A stretch of 64,000 nucleotides of DNA from assembly GCF_009914755.1 (NCBI RefSeq), contig NC_060925.1; one strand, given 5' to 3'. The translations under genes were made by a program, and so were the position numbers. Position 1 is the first letter of the stretch, and every line of letters begins with the position of its first letter. Source of the DNA: the human T2T-CHM13v2.0 reference genome, Homo sapiens. This document shows positions 14,719 through 30,517 of the stretch, piece after piece. Under the pieces are notes generated by a model. It did no database searches. It was given only the letters and a program-made list of their open reading frames with translations, and was not told the origin of the DNA.

Positions 14719-16214
14719 AATGAGCCTGTTTGTAATGTCCTTTCTTTGGCCTGCCCTGTTGTCCCTCTACCCAGCTTGTTCCCCGTTGCCACCATGACCA
14801 CTGTGCCTCACTGGCATCCCTAGGTCTGTCACCTCCTTCCTCGTCTTTGGAGTTCCCTGATTGTCCTGCCCTACCCTCAACTCCAGAGCCAGCTCTGTTG
14901 AGGGAGAAAGGAATGGAGTCATGGGGATTGATTCTCTACAAAATCCTGTTCTCTCTCTTCTGCTGGGGTCACCTATTGGGAGGAAGATCTCTTTTTTCAT
15001 CAGAGGGAGAAACATCCATGAGGCAGCATAGCTTTGGGATGTTAGGAGCTTGTGGAGACTGGATTGTTACAATGGTTTTAATGTGAAGTTCTGGTTGATC
15101 GTAGAACATAAATATTTGGATGAGAGGAAGGAAGAGGTTTGTGAAATGCTCCAGAAAGAACACAACTAGTAGTAGTGGGAGTGGTTTTTCATTACAAAGG
15201 AGGATTGAGGGGATGTGACTCAGTAGACCAGGCTCAACGGAGGTGAAAGTGTGCTGGGGCCTGGGGCGAGAAACACACTCAGAAAAATGAGGCCACGGGA
15301 AATCCCAGCAGTAACGCCTGGCCGGCTGCCAAGGTGGTGATAAAGAAGCACCCACAGAAACACAAATCAGTGCACGGCCCTGCGTCTTCCTGTACCTTAA
15401 TGTCATGCTAGAGGGCATGGCCAACTGTTTCCCAACTATGGCCATTTCAAAGACTCAGAATGGCTGTTCTTGTGGGGACAGATGTGGGTGCCGGTGCCAT
15501 TCAGTGTCTGGTATTCTCTGACTTGGCATGCAGCCTGCACTGGTATTTTCTCTAAGCCCTCTTTGAGCTTTATAACAGATTAAATCAGGCACACAATCTC
15601 TTCCCATCTAACCATAGCCCTCTGTCTCTCGAGTCTCTGCTATCACTTTCCCTGCTGTTTATAGACACACACAGAATACTCTTAATTTATCTTCAGTCTC
15701 GATCCTGTTATCCTCTCACATTTCCATCAGCCTTTTCTCTTGACTACCCAACAATTATAAGGAGTCTACCTTTGCTCCTTGGTCATCCTTCCCATCAAAA
15801 CTGCCCTCTGAAAGACACCTGGCTTCACGAATGTGTGGTAGGTCCTTGACCATCGCTGGACACCCTTGGCTGGTCGGACCCCCCGCTGGCTCTCTGCATC
15901 CTCTAGGGCCTCGACTATCTCTGATGCTCTTGGTTACCTTTTTCTCTCCCTTCCCCTAAAATACTGGTGTCCTCAAGGATTAATCCTTGACAATTCTCTC
16001 TAGACCTTCTAACTTTCCTGACCTTCCACTCCCTGATGTCACCATTGCCTCTGGGCAAGTCCTTCTCAAACTTGCCAATTTCTGCTCATTGAATTGAGTT
16101 GAAAATCTGGAAGACATAACCAATTCCTCACTCTCCTTCAGTCCCAGCTCTCACTAGCATCTTCCCTCTTTTCTCTTACTGCCTGTGGTCACTCATCCTA
16201 GAGATTGTTTCTAA

Positions 16215-16865
<651 letters not shown>

Positions 16866-19013
16866 CCCTGGGAATACTGGTCTTCCAGCAGAGTAGAACA
16901 ATTTGAAAACTGCGCTCCACCCGCCTGTCTCCATAAATGTCAATGAATGCGTCTTTGTAGAATAAATATTTGAATTAAATTTTCCATGCACTATGTGTGG
17001 CTGCGTGGCCTGACTGTACAGAGGCTGCAGTTTACCACAGCAAAGTGTTGCTGATGCTTCCTATTACAATGCGTCATTGTTTCACTAAACACCCACAGCT
17101 TAGGTTTTCAGAAAATCTGGAAATGTGACATTAGCTTCCTGATTGTCTCAATTTCCAGATGCATTCATCCCTAATCCAGCAAATGTCAGGAGGGCTGCTT
17201 TATACTCTGGGGGCTGAGGTTTTCAGCACCTGTTTGCCACACACCTAGTTCTGATTGTCATTGGGATTGGAGATACAGGCAGAAGACAGCTCTGCCAGAT
17301 TCGACTTTCTGATGAGGCTCCTGTGACATGTACTGCTGCTGGCGCTGGCTTGTGGTGCTGGAAGTGCAGGGTCTGGTGGCTCCCTTTGCAATGGGAAGTT
17401 TCAGAGGAGCTGGGCTGGTGAAAAGCAGCTGTTCATCCACAGCACATCTGCATGGAGCAAGGGCACTGGGGAGACTTAAATGTCCACTTCTGGGATTCTC
17501 TGGGTGGCATTTGGATGCCACTTTTGATGGACAGGTTGTCAGAATGATAGCATGAACGTCCACGGCTGGTGCCTTACGCGTGCATGCAGCAATTGCTAGT
17601 GGTTTCCTCCAGCTTCTTGAACGCATATTCATCACAGATGGGGCATCAGTCTGAGGGATTCTTCTTCCCTCCTTAGAAGACAATGGGGAGAACTGCCAAG
17701 GTTCCTTTCAAGGTCTCCAAAAGGGCAAATGTTTCTGTCTTTGGAATACTCACTTTGGAATGCTTTATGGGAAACTGTCCAAATCCCAGGTGGTATTTTC
17801 TTTTGCTGTGTGGTGGGAGCAGGTGCAGTGATTCAGATGGCTGCATGCATTGGACAGACACCTGCAGCAGGGCAGACAGAGCTGTGAGCTGGGGAAATAA
17901 ATAGCTGTTCTTGCCTGTGGGCTTCTGGAGTACGCAGGGTTTTGTAATTAACCTTTTGTTTATCTTATAGAGCAATTTTGTTGCTTCTTGCTAAGATGCA
18001 AAGGACTTTTTGTGAAAAGACTATATAAGCAGAGATTAGGAGATGGCTGCTCAAAACCCAGAGAGTGGTGGGGGTGAAATACCCTCTCTCATCTCGGAAT
18101 CCGTTTTAAATCTTCATCTAGTTCTTCAGTAATCTGACGGCTGCCTCACTCTGGCTAGGCTTGGGCTTCTGGTAAGTGAGTGAAGGCTGCACTCTGCTGT
18201 GTTGAGCTCCCTTCTCCATGCTCAATTCTTGAGTACCCTCAGAATCAGAGAGCTGGGGTGTGTCCAGGAGTAAGAAAAAGCTAACATGCTTCTGCTCAGG
18301 AACTGTAACTTCTACCTTTCTCCTCAAGGCTGAGGTTTTTAAACTGGCCTTCAGGGGAGCCACAAACCCGCTGAGAACCCGTACCAGTTTCTGCTTGTAT
18401 GTGCACTTTTCTGGGTGGGCCCATGGCTTCCATTGATTCTACCTTAGTGCAGGCTTCCAGAAAGCAAAGTAAGAGATGGAGGACACAGGTGCTATTACTT
18501 TATTATGGAGTTCAATCTCAGCAGGAGCGAGGGACGTGGGGCACCAAGCATAGAAAGAGCTAATAGGAGGGCATGTTCTACCCCTGCCCTGTGAGCTGCA
18601 CCTGCATTGTCTGGGCATCTGGTGGGGGAGTGGGGAGGAGGCCTCTGTCAATAGAAGAACTGGGGCCGGAGGTTTGGTGCAGTCAGGTTGTGTCTGTAGG
18701 AGGTCAAAATCCACACAGCTGGAATGAGAGACAGGTGAGGTCCAGAGGCTCTGCAGTGGGGCAAAGAGGTATCTGATGCAGATTCTCCAACTACCTGCTT
18801 AACTTCAAGTCTGCTTCATACAGTTGTATGGTTTGTGCACTGCCCAAAGATTCCTGGCTGAGGGAACAAGTTGGGACCAGAATCTGACCTGAGCTCTCTT
18901 TACAGAGTCTTGTACCTTTGTCCACCCAGAGCAGGTGCCTTTTCCAAATTAGCTCAGGGGGAGCTCTCTTCACCTGGTTTTCCAAAGTGACCAGTCAGGG
19001 GTAGGTTGCCCCG

Positions 19014-19375
19014 TGTATTAGTCCATTTTCATGCTGCTGATAAAGATGTACCTGAGACTGGGTAATTTATAAAGAAAAAGAGGTTTAATGGACTCACAGA
19101 TCCATGTGGCTGGGGAGGCCTCACAATCATGGCAGAAGGCAAAAGTCACATCTTACATGGTGGCAGACGAGAGAAAATGAACACCAAGCAAAAGTATGTT
19201 CCCTTTATAAAATCATCAGATCTCGTGAGACTTATTCACTACCACAAGAACAGTATGGGGAAAACCACCTCCATGATTCAGTTGTCTCCCACTGGGTCCC
19301 ACCCACAACACGTGGAAATTATGGGAACTACAATTCAAGATGAGATTTGAGTGGGGACACAGCCAAACTATATCA
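19014..19375 (-). mobile_element. THE1 (ERVL-MaLR) solo LTR
   Basis: tgtattagtcc...aactatatca, 362 bp, perfect 5-bp TSD CCCCG (19009-19013 / 19376-19380). Confidence 0.9.
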
Positions 19376-21161
19376 CCCCGTCCAGCCTCCTTTTCCTTAG
19401 CTCCCTTCACATTCTAGTTTCTGCCTGAGCCATCAGGCCCTGTGGCCCAGACCAGGCATCTTGAACTATATCCCAGACCCTCCTCATGAACAGAATCACT
19501 GCTCAAAAGTCCTCCTTTTTTCACCTGCCCTGTGCTCTAGTCTAGATTCTGATTTCTTGTGGTGAGTTGGTGTTGCCTTGGATTTCTTGTGCCTGCTCAG
19601 ATCTGTGGATTTGGCCCTAGGTCCTTTTTCTTTCTTCCTGTTGGCCTCCTCAGCTCCCTCCCTCCTTTCTGCCAGGTATTCCCTGCAGGCCTCAGCGTCA
19701 GGGCTACCTCTATTGACAGGGGATCCTTGGGCGTTCGGGCCATAGTTTTTCTTTGGTGAATAAATATGTATGGCTTACAAAACATGTGTTTCTAAATTTA
19801 TGAAATTATATGTATGTTTATACATTCATTCGTGCTTTCATTTAGCCAACATTTATTAAGTTTTTTACATAGCAGAAACCACTTCATAACTGTGAGACTC
19901 TGGATAAATCACTTAAGTTTCCTGAGTGTCATTTTCTTCTCTGTGAAATGGAGGTAATAATGATTGGCTCCGGTGTGGTCCTGCACCTTGAACAAGATAG
20001 TGGACTTTAAAGGGCTTCATCAGATGCCAGCCCAGAAGGTGTCCAGTGGGTAAGAATGTCCCCCCTGATGCCATCCCTTCATCTGGTTCCCAGTGGGGAA
20101 TATGATGAAGTGACTGCTACCCAGGAGCTCACGGCCATTCTGCTTAGTTCCAGTATACACGAGCTCTCTGGGGATGGCACCTCTCACTCTGCCATGCAGT
20201 GGTGAGAAGTAACTATTCTGGAATTGTCTTATCTGAGCCCTACATACTATTTTCAGTGTCTGTGTTTCATTTTTCTTCTAGAACATGCCTCCCAGAGTTG
20301 TTGAAATAATTAAGCTAGGTGCTATATGAAGAGAACTTAGTGTGTGGCACATAAACAATAAGGGTTCAATAAATAGTGGCTGTCATCATCCTCGTCATTC
20401 TATAGCCAATGAGAGAAGTGAGTTGAAATAAAACCTGGCTTAAGAGCCAGTTGTATTTGAAATTATTAGTGTTGGCTCGTTGCCTGTGGGTGTCTGGAGA
20501 AAACCATTGGTTCCAGTTCCTGGAAACAGACCAAGCCAGTGCAAAGGTTTCTTGATGTAAGAACACAGTGAATCTGGTCCTGCAAGTAGGCAGATGCCCT
20601 GGACTACCATTATGGTATGTGGCCTTGTCATCTGGGGTCTTGAATTAGGGTTTTCATCTCTCTGGGTTCACCTCGCACGCTGCTTGGTCTTTAGAATAAA
20701 GATTGAGGTTATCAAGACCTAGAAAAATGACTTTTCTGAACTTGAAATATTTCCTTTGAATGCTCAGGAGTCAATATACTTTTGTTATTCAGAACACGGA
20801 TTCCAAGTTAGATATACTCAATTTGAATCTCACCTGTCATTGATAGAATTATCCGTGTAACTTTGTGAAAACCACCTAACTTCCCTGTACCTTAGTTTCA
20901 TTGTCAGGAAAAACTATGGTAATAATTATAACTACCTTGTATTGTTGTTTCAAGGATTAAATTTGAAATGCACAAAAATCCTTTAGTACAGTCCCAGGTA
21001 GAGAATAAGTGCTGTTATTATTATTTTAAAAATTTTGTCCCCAACTTTTTATTGTGAAAATTTCAAAATTATAGAGGTTGAAAAAATAGTGCAATAAACA
21101 TCCATATACTCTACTGATATTAAAAAATTGTTACTATTTGACATATTTGCTTAATTTCTCT

Positions 21162-21165
<4 letters not shown>

Positions 21166-21196
<31 letters not shown>
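21166..21196. repeat. (CA)n microsatellite
   Basis: About 15 uninterrupted CA units. Confidence 0.95.
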
Positions 21197-21197
<1 letters not shown>

Positions 21198-21737
21198 TAT
21201 GTTTTGCTAATGCAGTGTGAAAAGAAGTTGCCAACATTATATTTCACTCCTAAAAACTTCATCCTGCTCCCAGTAAAAAGTACATTCTCTTGTATCCCAT
21301 AATGCCCATCTCTTACCTAAGAAAAATCAAATTCCATAAAACCCTCTATTGTCCAGTCTATAGTCAATATTTTTTCACTTGTTCCAAAAATATTTGCATG
21401 GTGCCAAAGAATTACCCCAAGGATTACTTGCTGAGTATGATTAGGGAGGAAAGTATCTTTATTATAGAAATATCGGTCCATGTTAACAATAATAAGTAGT
21501 GGTCTGCGGCAGTGTAACATGAAGTGCATACTACCATCTAAGATGTATCACTGCCAAAAATTTTACCTGTCATCTAATCAAGCCTGTAGACCTGCACTGT
21601 TCAATATGGTAGCCGCTAGCCATGTGTGGCCATTCAGTGTTGAAATGTAGCTAGTCCAAATTGAGATGTGCTGTAGACATGTATTATCTATGTTGTAAAG
21701 ACTCAGGATGAAGAAATAATGTGAAATCTCTCATTGA

Positions 21738-22039
21738 TTATTTATTTATTTATTTTGAGATGGACTTTCACTCTTTCGCCCAGGCTGGAATGAAGTGGTG
21801 CCATCTTGACTCACTTCAACCTCCACCCCCCTGGATTCAAGTGATTCTCCTGCCTCAGCCTCCCAAGTAGCTGGGATTACAGGACCACACCACCATGACC
21901 AGCTAATTTTTGTATTTTTAGTAGAGACGGGGTTTCACCATGTTGGCCAGGCTGGTTTCGAACTCCTGACCTCGGGTGATCCACCTGCCTCGGCCTCCCA
22001 AAGTGCTAGGATTACAGGTGTGAGCCACCGCACCCAGCC
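21738..22039 (-). mobile_element. Alu (S-type)
   Basis: Antisense, (ATTT)n tail, TSD close to tctcaytgat. Confidence 0.93.
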
Positions 22040-22176
22040 TCTCACTGATAATTTGAAAACATTGTGTTGAAATCAGCATTTTGTGAGTTAATAATTATTA
22101 AAATTAGCTTTACCTATTTTACATTTTTTAAAACGTGGCTACTGGGTAATTTAAAATTATGTATGTGGTTCACAGA

Positions 22177-22461
22177 TTTTTTTTTTTTTTTTTTTTGACA
22201 CAAGGTCTTGCTCTGTCACCTGGGCTGAAGTGCATTGATGTGATTCTGGATCAAGGGATCCTCCCACCTCAGCCTCCTGAGTATCTGGGACTACAGGCGC
22301 ATGCCACCACAGCTGGCTAATTTTTTTTTTTTTTTTTGCTTTGTAGAGATGTGGTTTTGCCGTATTGCTTAGGCTGGTCTTGAACTCCTGGGCTTAAGCA
22401 ATCCACCCACCTCAGCCTCCCTAAGTGCTGGGATTACAGGTGTGAGCCACTGCGCCGGGCT
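22177..22461 (-). mobile_element. Alu (J-type)
   Basis: Antisense, TSD close to tggttyacagattt. Confidence 0.9.
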
Positions 22462-24609
22462 GGTTTACAGATTTCTACTGCACAGCACTGCTGTAGACCT
22501 AACTTTGAGAAAGTCAGGGGGTGGAGGAACAAGGCAAATGATATCACAAGGAAACAATCAGATAAAACCAGAATGTGGGGCATGTTTGAAACTCTTCAAA
22601 ACGTCAGTGTCATGAAAGAAAGGAAAAGGTGAAAGGGTTATTTTAGATTAAGAGATTATGAGATAAAACCAACAATATTTAAACCTTAATTGGAATGTTC
22701 CCCTCTCCACCATCACTCATTCAAAAGCCATAAGAAATGTTCTTAGAAGCTGTTATTATTAAAGATAAGCAAGAACTAGATGGTGAAAGTTAGGTTGTGC
22801 ACTTCAATGAGGACATTCCAGGCAGCTCAAGAGAGGGTTGTTAGTAGGTTCTTCTGGAGGTTTTGATTGGAAAGTGCGTTGTTGATGTCTTAAAGTGTCA
22901 AGGTTGGTGTGATTCTAGGTAGTCAGACAAGATCTATTCTGCCCACTTGGGACAGAGTGGCGCAGGAGAAGGACATTTATGTTGAGACATCACAGAGCTT
23001 GGAGACAGGGTTTGGTAGGTTGTCTCTGTGGACACTGAAGTTGGTCTCAAAGGTCAGAAGTTGTTTATAACAGAATCAGTGATGATAAAATACATAATGG
23101 AATTTAGGAAAAACCCCGACCTTAGCTACTATTCTCTTTGTCGTCTTTGCCATTGGTTCATTAAGCTTGAGTTGCTCTCCGTAGCTGTAGGCAATAAAGA
23201 ATGTTTTGGCACAGAAAAAGAAAAGAAGAGAAGAGAAGAGAAAAGAAAAGAAAAGCTTGCCTTTTGGAGTTTCTAATGTGGACACAATCCTACTGGAATC
23301 AAAATCTCCACCACTGAGCCTGGAAGCCAGAGGCTGATGATGCTGTACACGTCTCTGCAGGATTTGCAGGTGTTTCATTTTTATTTGCTACCTCTTTGAA
23401 ACAGCTCACTTTCTCAGAGCTTTGAAATTGTTTCTGCTCTATTTCATTTTAGAAACATCTGAAAACCTACCGACAGAGATGAGTTTTATGCCAGCTCTGG
23501 GCTTTTCTCCATCCAAATTACACATTTATTGAGAATAGCTATGTTTATAATTTCCACAGAACATGAAAAGATCATTTAAGAAAATTGATAGGCAGGGTGC
23601 TGTACACCTTTTATTATATTTGCAATGTATTTCTGACTTGAGTTTTTGGTAAGGTTTCAATATTTTATTTTCAAGGTATCGTGTTGGCATGAGATCTGTT
23701 TCTTTTTTCTCCCCTGGTCAATGAATCCTAAATCAGATGTTAAATCAGAAATACTGGAATGGTCCTATTTTTCAGTGCTGGGGAAAAGGCATTTGGGAAT
23801 TCCTATGTGTATTTGCCCTAAGAGTTTCTGTGATTCTTGGTGATGTCAGTAGTGCTTCCTATCCCAAAGGGATGCTGCTGTATGAACATGTTCTGCCTCT
23901 ACAGTGCAGCTTCCGGTGGGAAATCATGCTGGTGTAAACATGTGTTTTCAGGCTATGAGGTTGCAAAGTATCAGAATAACCTTCTGTTGCTCTAAGACAT
24001 ACCTGCAATAGAAACCACTTAGAGGGAAGCTAGCTGGCTGCATGCACAGGCAGGGCTTACAGTGTGGCAGGCCCCTGATTCAGAGTCCCTATGTCCTGGG
24101 GACTCGGTTAAGCTTATTAGCAGCTTTAGAAACTTCACTATATCAGTAAATCAGCATCAACTAGATACTTAGAGCTAACTTACAATATCATGATAACCAA
24201 ATAAAAAGAGTTTTCACCATGGACAAGATTCATCAACAGTGACTGCGCTATTTAAGCTCTTAACTAAGGCACGAGCTCTACCTGGTTTCAGAATCCTCGG
24301 GAAGCTGGATTCGTCATCTGGAGGGTTGCTTGCAGAGGATGACATTATGTGAAAGGAGCTGCATTATTCTAAAGGGTATTTCATGTTGGCCTTTCCACCA
24401 AGATTAGGTTCATTTTCTCAAATGTGCTACCTGCAGCTCTCTTCTTCCTTCAAAACCATGTCAACATGAAACACAATGAAAGATATATAAATCGCAAATG
24501 GCAAAAAACCATTCACAAGCTTCAATATTTTAACTTTTATTGGTGCCAGATTACCTGGAAAACACCTTACAAATGATCCCAACATACCTGTGACCAATTC
24601 TACACACTG

Positions 24610-24950
24610 TCCCTGGATCTGTCCTCCTCTTCTTCCAGTATAATGAAGTTTAAGCCAGGCACATGGCTACCAAACATAAAGACTAGATATCCTAGTCTAC
24701 CTTGCAGCTACATGGTCATGTGGCCAGTGGGATGTGAGGTGAAGTAATGCACACACCTTTGGGGTCATTCCTTCAAAAGTAAGGGAAATACATTGTCCTT
24801 CCTGCTTTCTGGAGTTCAGCCACCTTGGATCATACAGACGAGGCAAATGCTTGGGGGACGGTCGATGACCAGGGAGAAGGAGCCTGGGTCCCATGCCTTG
24901 AGTGCCATGCCTGCTGAGGCAGAGACATTGATTATAGTTTGCTAAACACC
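24610..24950. mobile_element. Ancient ERVL LTR fragment (LTR33-like)
   Basis: ccttgcagcta...tggccagtgggatgtgag...cagccaccttggatcat motifs. Confidence 0.4.
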
Positions 24951-25641
24951 TTCGAGTTCCCTGACTCCCCTCCAGGAGTCAGGCAGAACTATGTTCAACT
25001 GTGACATATGATCGCTTCTGGACTGGAGCACACACAACTCTCCAGCCTGATCCTCTCCTCTGAGACAGGTGGGGATGATGGAGATGCAGATGTAGGTAAC
25101 AGCTCCACATGGCACCCTGATGATCTCGCACCATCTATGTTGACCACCTAGGCACTGGCTTGCCCTGCAGTGAATCTGAGTCTTGCCAGAATGCCTCACG
25201 GCCCTCTCAGAACACAGGAAGTTGGCAGGCTTGCGTGAGCTGCTCTGAGCCCCCGCCCACAGCCTCCCTCTCCCCCTGCTCAGCTGTTACACCGTTTCCC
25301 ATTGCCTCCTGGTTCTGAGGAGGTGTGGGGCTTTGTGCACCATCTCTCTCAGAATAAAGCTGCAGACTATAAAATCACATGGTTAGAGGTGGGAATTAGC
25401 TCCTCTGCAATGGGGTGTCCTACAACTCATGTTGTATTCACTGGGCCTCTTGTTTCAGAGTCATCCTTTTAGTGTGTGGGACAAGGACTTCTGGAGTGGG
25501 CACCTTTGTGTTTCCTTTCACGGCCTATGTACGTAGTAAACTGTCACAATCAAAAAGGGGCTTCTTGTCGCTTTCCTGGCTGAATTTACTAGGGGTTGGG
25601 CTGTGCCTCCAAGCCTTGTGCTTGAGAAAAAGGCAGAATCA

Positions 25642-26078
<437 letters not shown>

Positions 26079-26509
26079 TCAGCATTGTTTTTCAGGCAAC
26101 ATAGCTTAACTTAACCCGAAGAGCACATTGGCTTTTTGTGGAGTAACTTCATGGAGCAGAGCCACCATATTATTCTAGACATGCACACAGGAGAGAAATA
26201 CAATTCTACCTGTTTAGGCCACTGTTAGTATTATGTTTTTAATCACAACCAACTGGTTCTGTATCCTAATGACCTCCCATGAGTCTTGATATCTCATTTG
26301 AGAACTATTCAATAGCAAGTGCTCAATAACTGTTTGTTAATGGAACCAAGGCACAGTAAAGTGGAATGACCTATCTCTCTTTTAAAATAGAGTATATCAT
26401 TCTGGTGGCCACAGCCCTCTGCCAGATTTCATAATTTTCTCCTGAATCATGCTGGATTAGCATGGGCAAGTTCTTTGATACATGAATAAATGATCAAATA
26501 AATCTCTGT

Positions 26510-26648
26510 TCATCCACTCATCCCTCCATCCCTCTTTCCCTTCACACTTCTCTCCATCCACCCACCCAACCATCCATCCATCCATCCATCCACCCACACA
26601 CCCACTCACTCACCCACCCATCCATCCATCCATCCATCCATCCATCCA
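26510..26648. repeat. (CCAT)n/(CCCA)n compound microsatellite
   Basis: Seen directly in the sequence. Confidence 0.9.
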
Positions 26649-27312
26649 AACAGGAAAAAAAATATATCTGCCTTCATGGAGCTTATCTTTTTACTAGTAA
26701 AGGAGCCAGGGGAATAAAAAATTTTAATTTCTTATTCCCTATTCCCCAGGACTCTATTCCATTAGATATAGTTTCTAACAACATGTGAAAAATTAGGCTT
26801 TTATTTTCTTGGTGGCAATCATGTTTGTATCATGACTCACTGATACTATACCCCATATCTGATTATACTCAGGAGCCCTAAGTTTCCTCATTTTCATATA
26901 CATAGATAATCTTTTACATTATTTTTATAGATAGCTATCATCTTTTCGTATGCCCTGCTAGCTGAGTTTTATTCCCAGGGGTTAACCTTATTTCCCAGTT
27001 TTGGGGACATTTTACTTCTGTGTCTAAATGACATATCTTACAGAAAATTCACTCATTTATTTAACAAATACTTCTAGAGCAGCAATTATGCACCATACTG
27101 TTATAGGTGCCAGGGGTATAGTAGTGAAGCAAATAGACAGGTCTGCCCTCATGGAGCTTATATTCTAGTGATGCCATGAAGATTAATGTGCCATCCAGCT
27201 ATAATTACAAAGGTATTATGTGAATGAGGCTATAAGGAAAGTATTTTGACCAAATTATTTTAATGCTAGTTAAAAGTGAATTTAAGGAATTTGCCTAAAA
27301 TCGGCATCATAA

Positions 27313-27608
<296 letters not shown>

Positions 27609-28662
27609 AAATCAGCATCATAATTTAAACATAAATATATAATTTCTTTACCATATACAACAGCAGTAAAAATGTTGCTTAAAAAGTTGGTACAGGTTCA
27701 CATTTTTCTTCAGTGAACTTTTTCTGGTTTCTGTAATTAGTCCTATTAAGACGTCAGCCCATTGTCCCTAATTATCATTTCCTTTCTCATTAAGATTTGC
27801 ACTCAATATATTTCACTTTTGCGGAGTCCTTGGATCTTAGCTACCAGTAATTTCAGTCTATATTATGCAAACCATTTCATGAACCAAAATGATTGTAGAT
27901 GATTCTCAAATGAATTTAATAGTTTTGCTTTTATGTTGAAACCCAGGAATATCTTTTGATGAGCCAAATTGTGACTTTTTAACTTTATGGTGGTAGGCAT
28001 ATTAGTTATTTCTGACTTAAATAGAAACATCTGAATATTTTGTTCTATATTTCAAGCTGCATGATGAATATTACCTGGCTGACATTTCAAGTAATATTTT
28101 ATTTGACAACTTCATATATTTTGATGTATGTTCTACTAATACTTCTTTCTCACCAATCCCACTTTATTCCAAATTCTTTTTATTCTTACTGCTTTTTTTC
28201 AATACCTAATAAAAATCTTCATTTATAAGGCATTTTATTTCCATTATAAGAAAAGAGAAGAACATCTTTCAAACCACAATGCTGTATTGCATAATCAAAG
28301 CTATAGTTTAAAGGGAGCTGTCTCATTTGCTTTTATTTGTAATATGATTGCAAGTCCTGGTCATTATTTATGAGATTAAAATTTCTATTTACAAGTAAAC
28401 AGTAAGAGTCACTCCTCTTTATATTTTGAAAACAACAGAAGGAACACAAAATAGCATTGGCATATGGATTCTCATTTTACATATTTCTCTTAAAATTGGT
28501 TAGAATAGGTTAGAATTTTGCTTATTGACATTTAAAAATAATATTTATGAGATAATATTGATTCGTGTTGATCAAAACCAAATTATAACATTTAGGTAGG
28601 ATGACCCCATCCAAGTAAATCTTTATTAGTTCCTTAAGTTTAACCTCTATCTCTCTCTGGGG

Positions 28663-28954
28663 CTTTGTTTTTGTTTTTATTTTTTTTGAGGCTAGGTCTG
28701 GCTCTGTCATCCAGGCTGGAGTACAGTGTGCAACCTCTGCACTCCCAGGCTCAACCCATCCTCCTACTGCAGTCTCCCAAGTAGCTGGAACTACAGGTAG
28801 GCACCACCATGCCCTGCTCATTTTAGTATTTTTCATAGAGACGAGGTTTCACCATGTTGCCCAGGCTGGTCTCGAACTCCTGAGCTCAAGCAATCCACCT
28901 GCCCCAACCTCCCAAAGTGCTGGGATTACAGGCGTAAGCCACTGCACCCGGCCT
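28663..28954 (-). mobile_element. Alu (J-type)
   Basis: Antisense dimer, TSD close to tgggctytgtttt. Confidence 0.9.
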
Positions 28955-29095
28955 GGGGCTCTGTTTTTAATCAGCAACATAGACTACCTGCACTCCAGGT
29001 TTTATCTCAGAAATCACAACCATGGCTCTCTGTATAATTCTTATTAAAATATGTATGGTAAGTTCCCTGAAGAAAATACAATCCATTTTTTTCTT

Positions 29096-29143
29096 ACACA
29101 GACACACACACACACACACAGACACACATACACACACATACAT
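29096..29143. repeat. Interrupted (CA)n
   Basis: Seen directly in the sequence. Confidence 0.9.
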
Positions 29144-29532
29144 ACAACCTTGGTTCAAACCAGTTCTCCAGAGAGCTGTGAATGAGACGACGTTGGTTTG
29201 GCCTCATATGGAACTTCCTAAACTCACATTATTTGACTTTATACTGACTGTGATTAAGTGGGTGAATTGCAAATGCATGAGTATAAAACTCGTCATGGTA
29301 TTTTTTTGTAAAGATGCTGTCAAGGACATTATCTATGACACCACATACTATTCTCTTTATAAAGACTCATGGGGTACTGAGAGTTATCAAAAAAATTGGG
29401 GCCATCCTAAACTTCTATTAATCTTAACGATATCACAACTTTTACAATTCATTTTCTTCCTTTTTTTGCATTGGCCACTAGGAATCTTTAATTTTTTTGG
29501 TATATTCTTGGCTTCCAATCAAGACATTATGA

Positions 29533-29881
<349 letters not shown>

Positions 29882-30032
29882 CAGACTGTAATTTCTTAAC
29901 CATGTTTTTTCTTCATCTTGACTTCTCAACTATGTAGCCTAACGCTTAAGAGCTTAAGGCTGTGGGCTCAGACCTAACTACTCTAGCTTTGTCATTTACT
30001 ACATATATCACTTTGTGAAAATTACTAAAAGC

Positions 30033-30035
30033 TTG

Positions 30036-30086
<51 letters not shown>

Positions 30087-30230
30087 TCCTTCCTTCCTTC
30101 CTTCCTTCCTTCCTTCCTTCCTTCCTTCCTTCCTTCCTTCCTTTCTCCCTCCCTCCCTTCCTTTTTTCCTTCCTCCCTCACTCCCTCCCTCCTTTCTTCT
30201 TTCTTTTCTCTCTCTCTCTTTAGCTCTTTC
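30033..30230. repeat. (GCCT)n(TTCC)n and pyrimidine tract derived from an Alu tail
   Basis: Seen directly; abuts the Alu at 30231. Confidence 0.92.

Positions 30231-30517
<287 letters not shown>

Larger units (their letters stand above)
21592..22490. mobile_element. MER33-like hAT element split by two Alus
   Basis: TIR-like ends; 8-bp TSD CTGTAGAC (21584-21591 / 22491-22498). Confidence 0.75.

Noticed and set aside
14969-15445. 158-aa minus-strand ORF
   Set aside because: No recognisable homology; lies in degraded repeat-like DNA.
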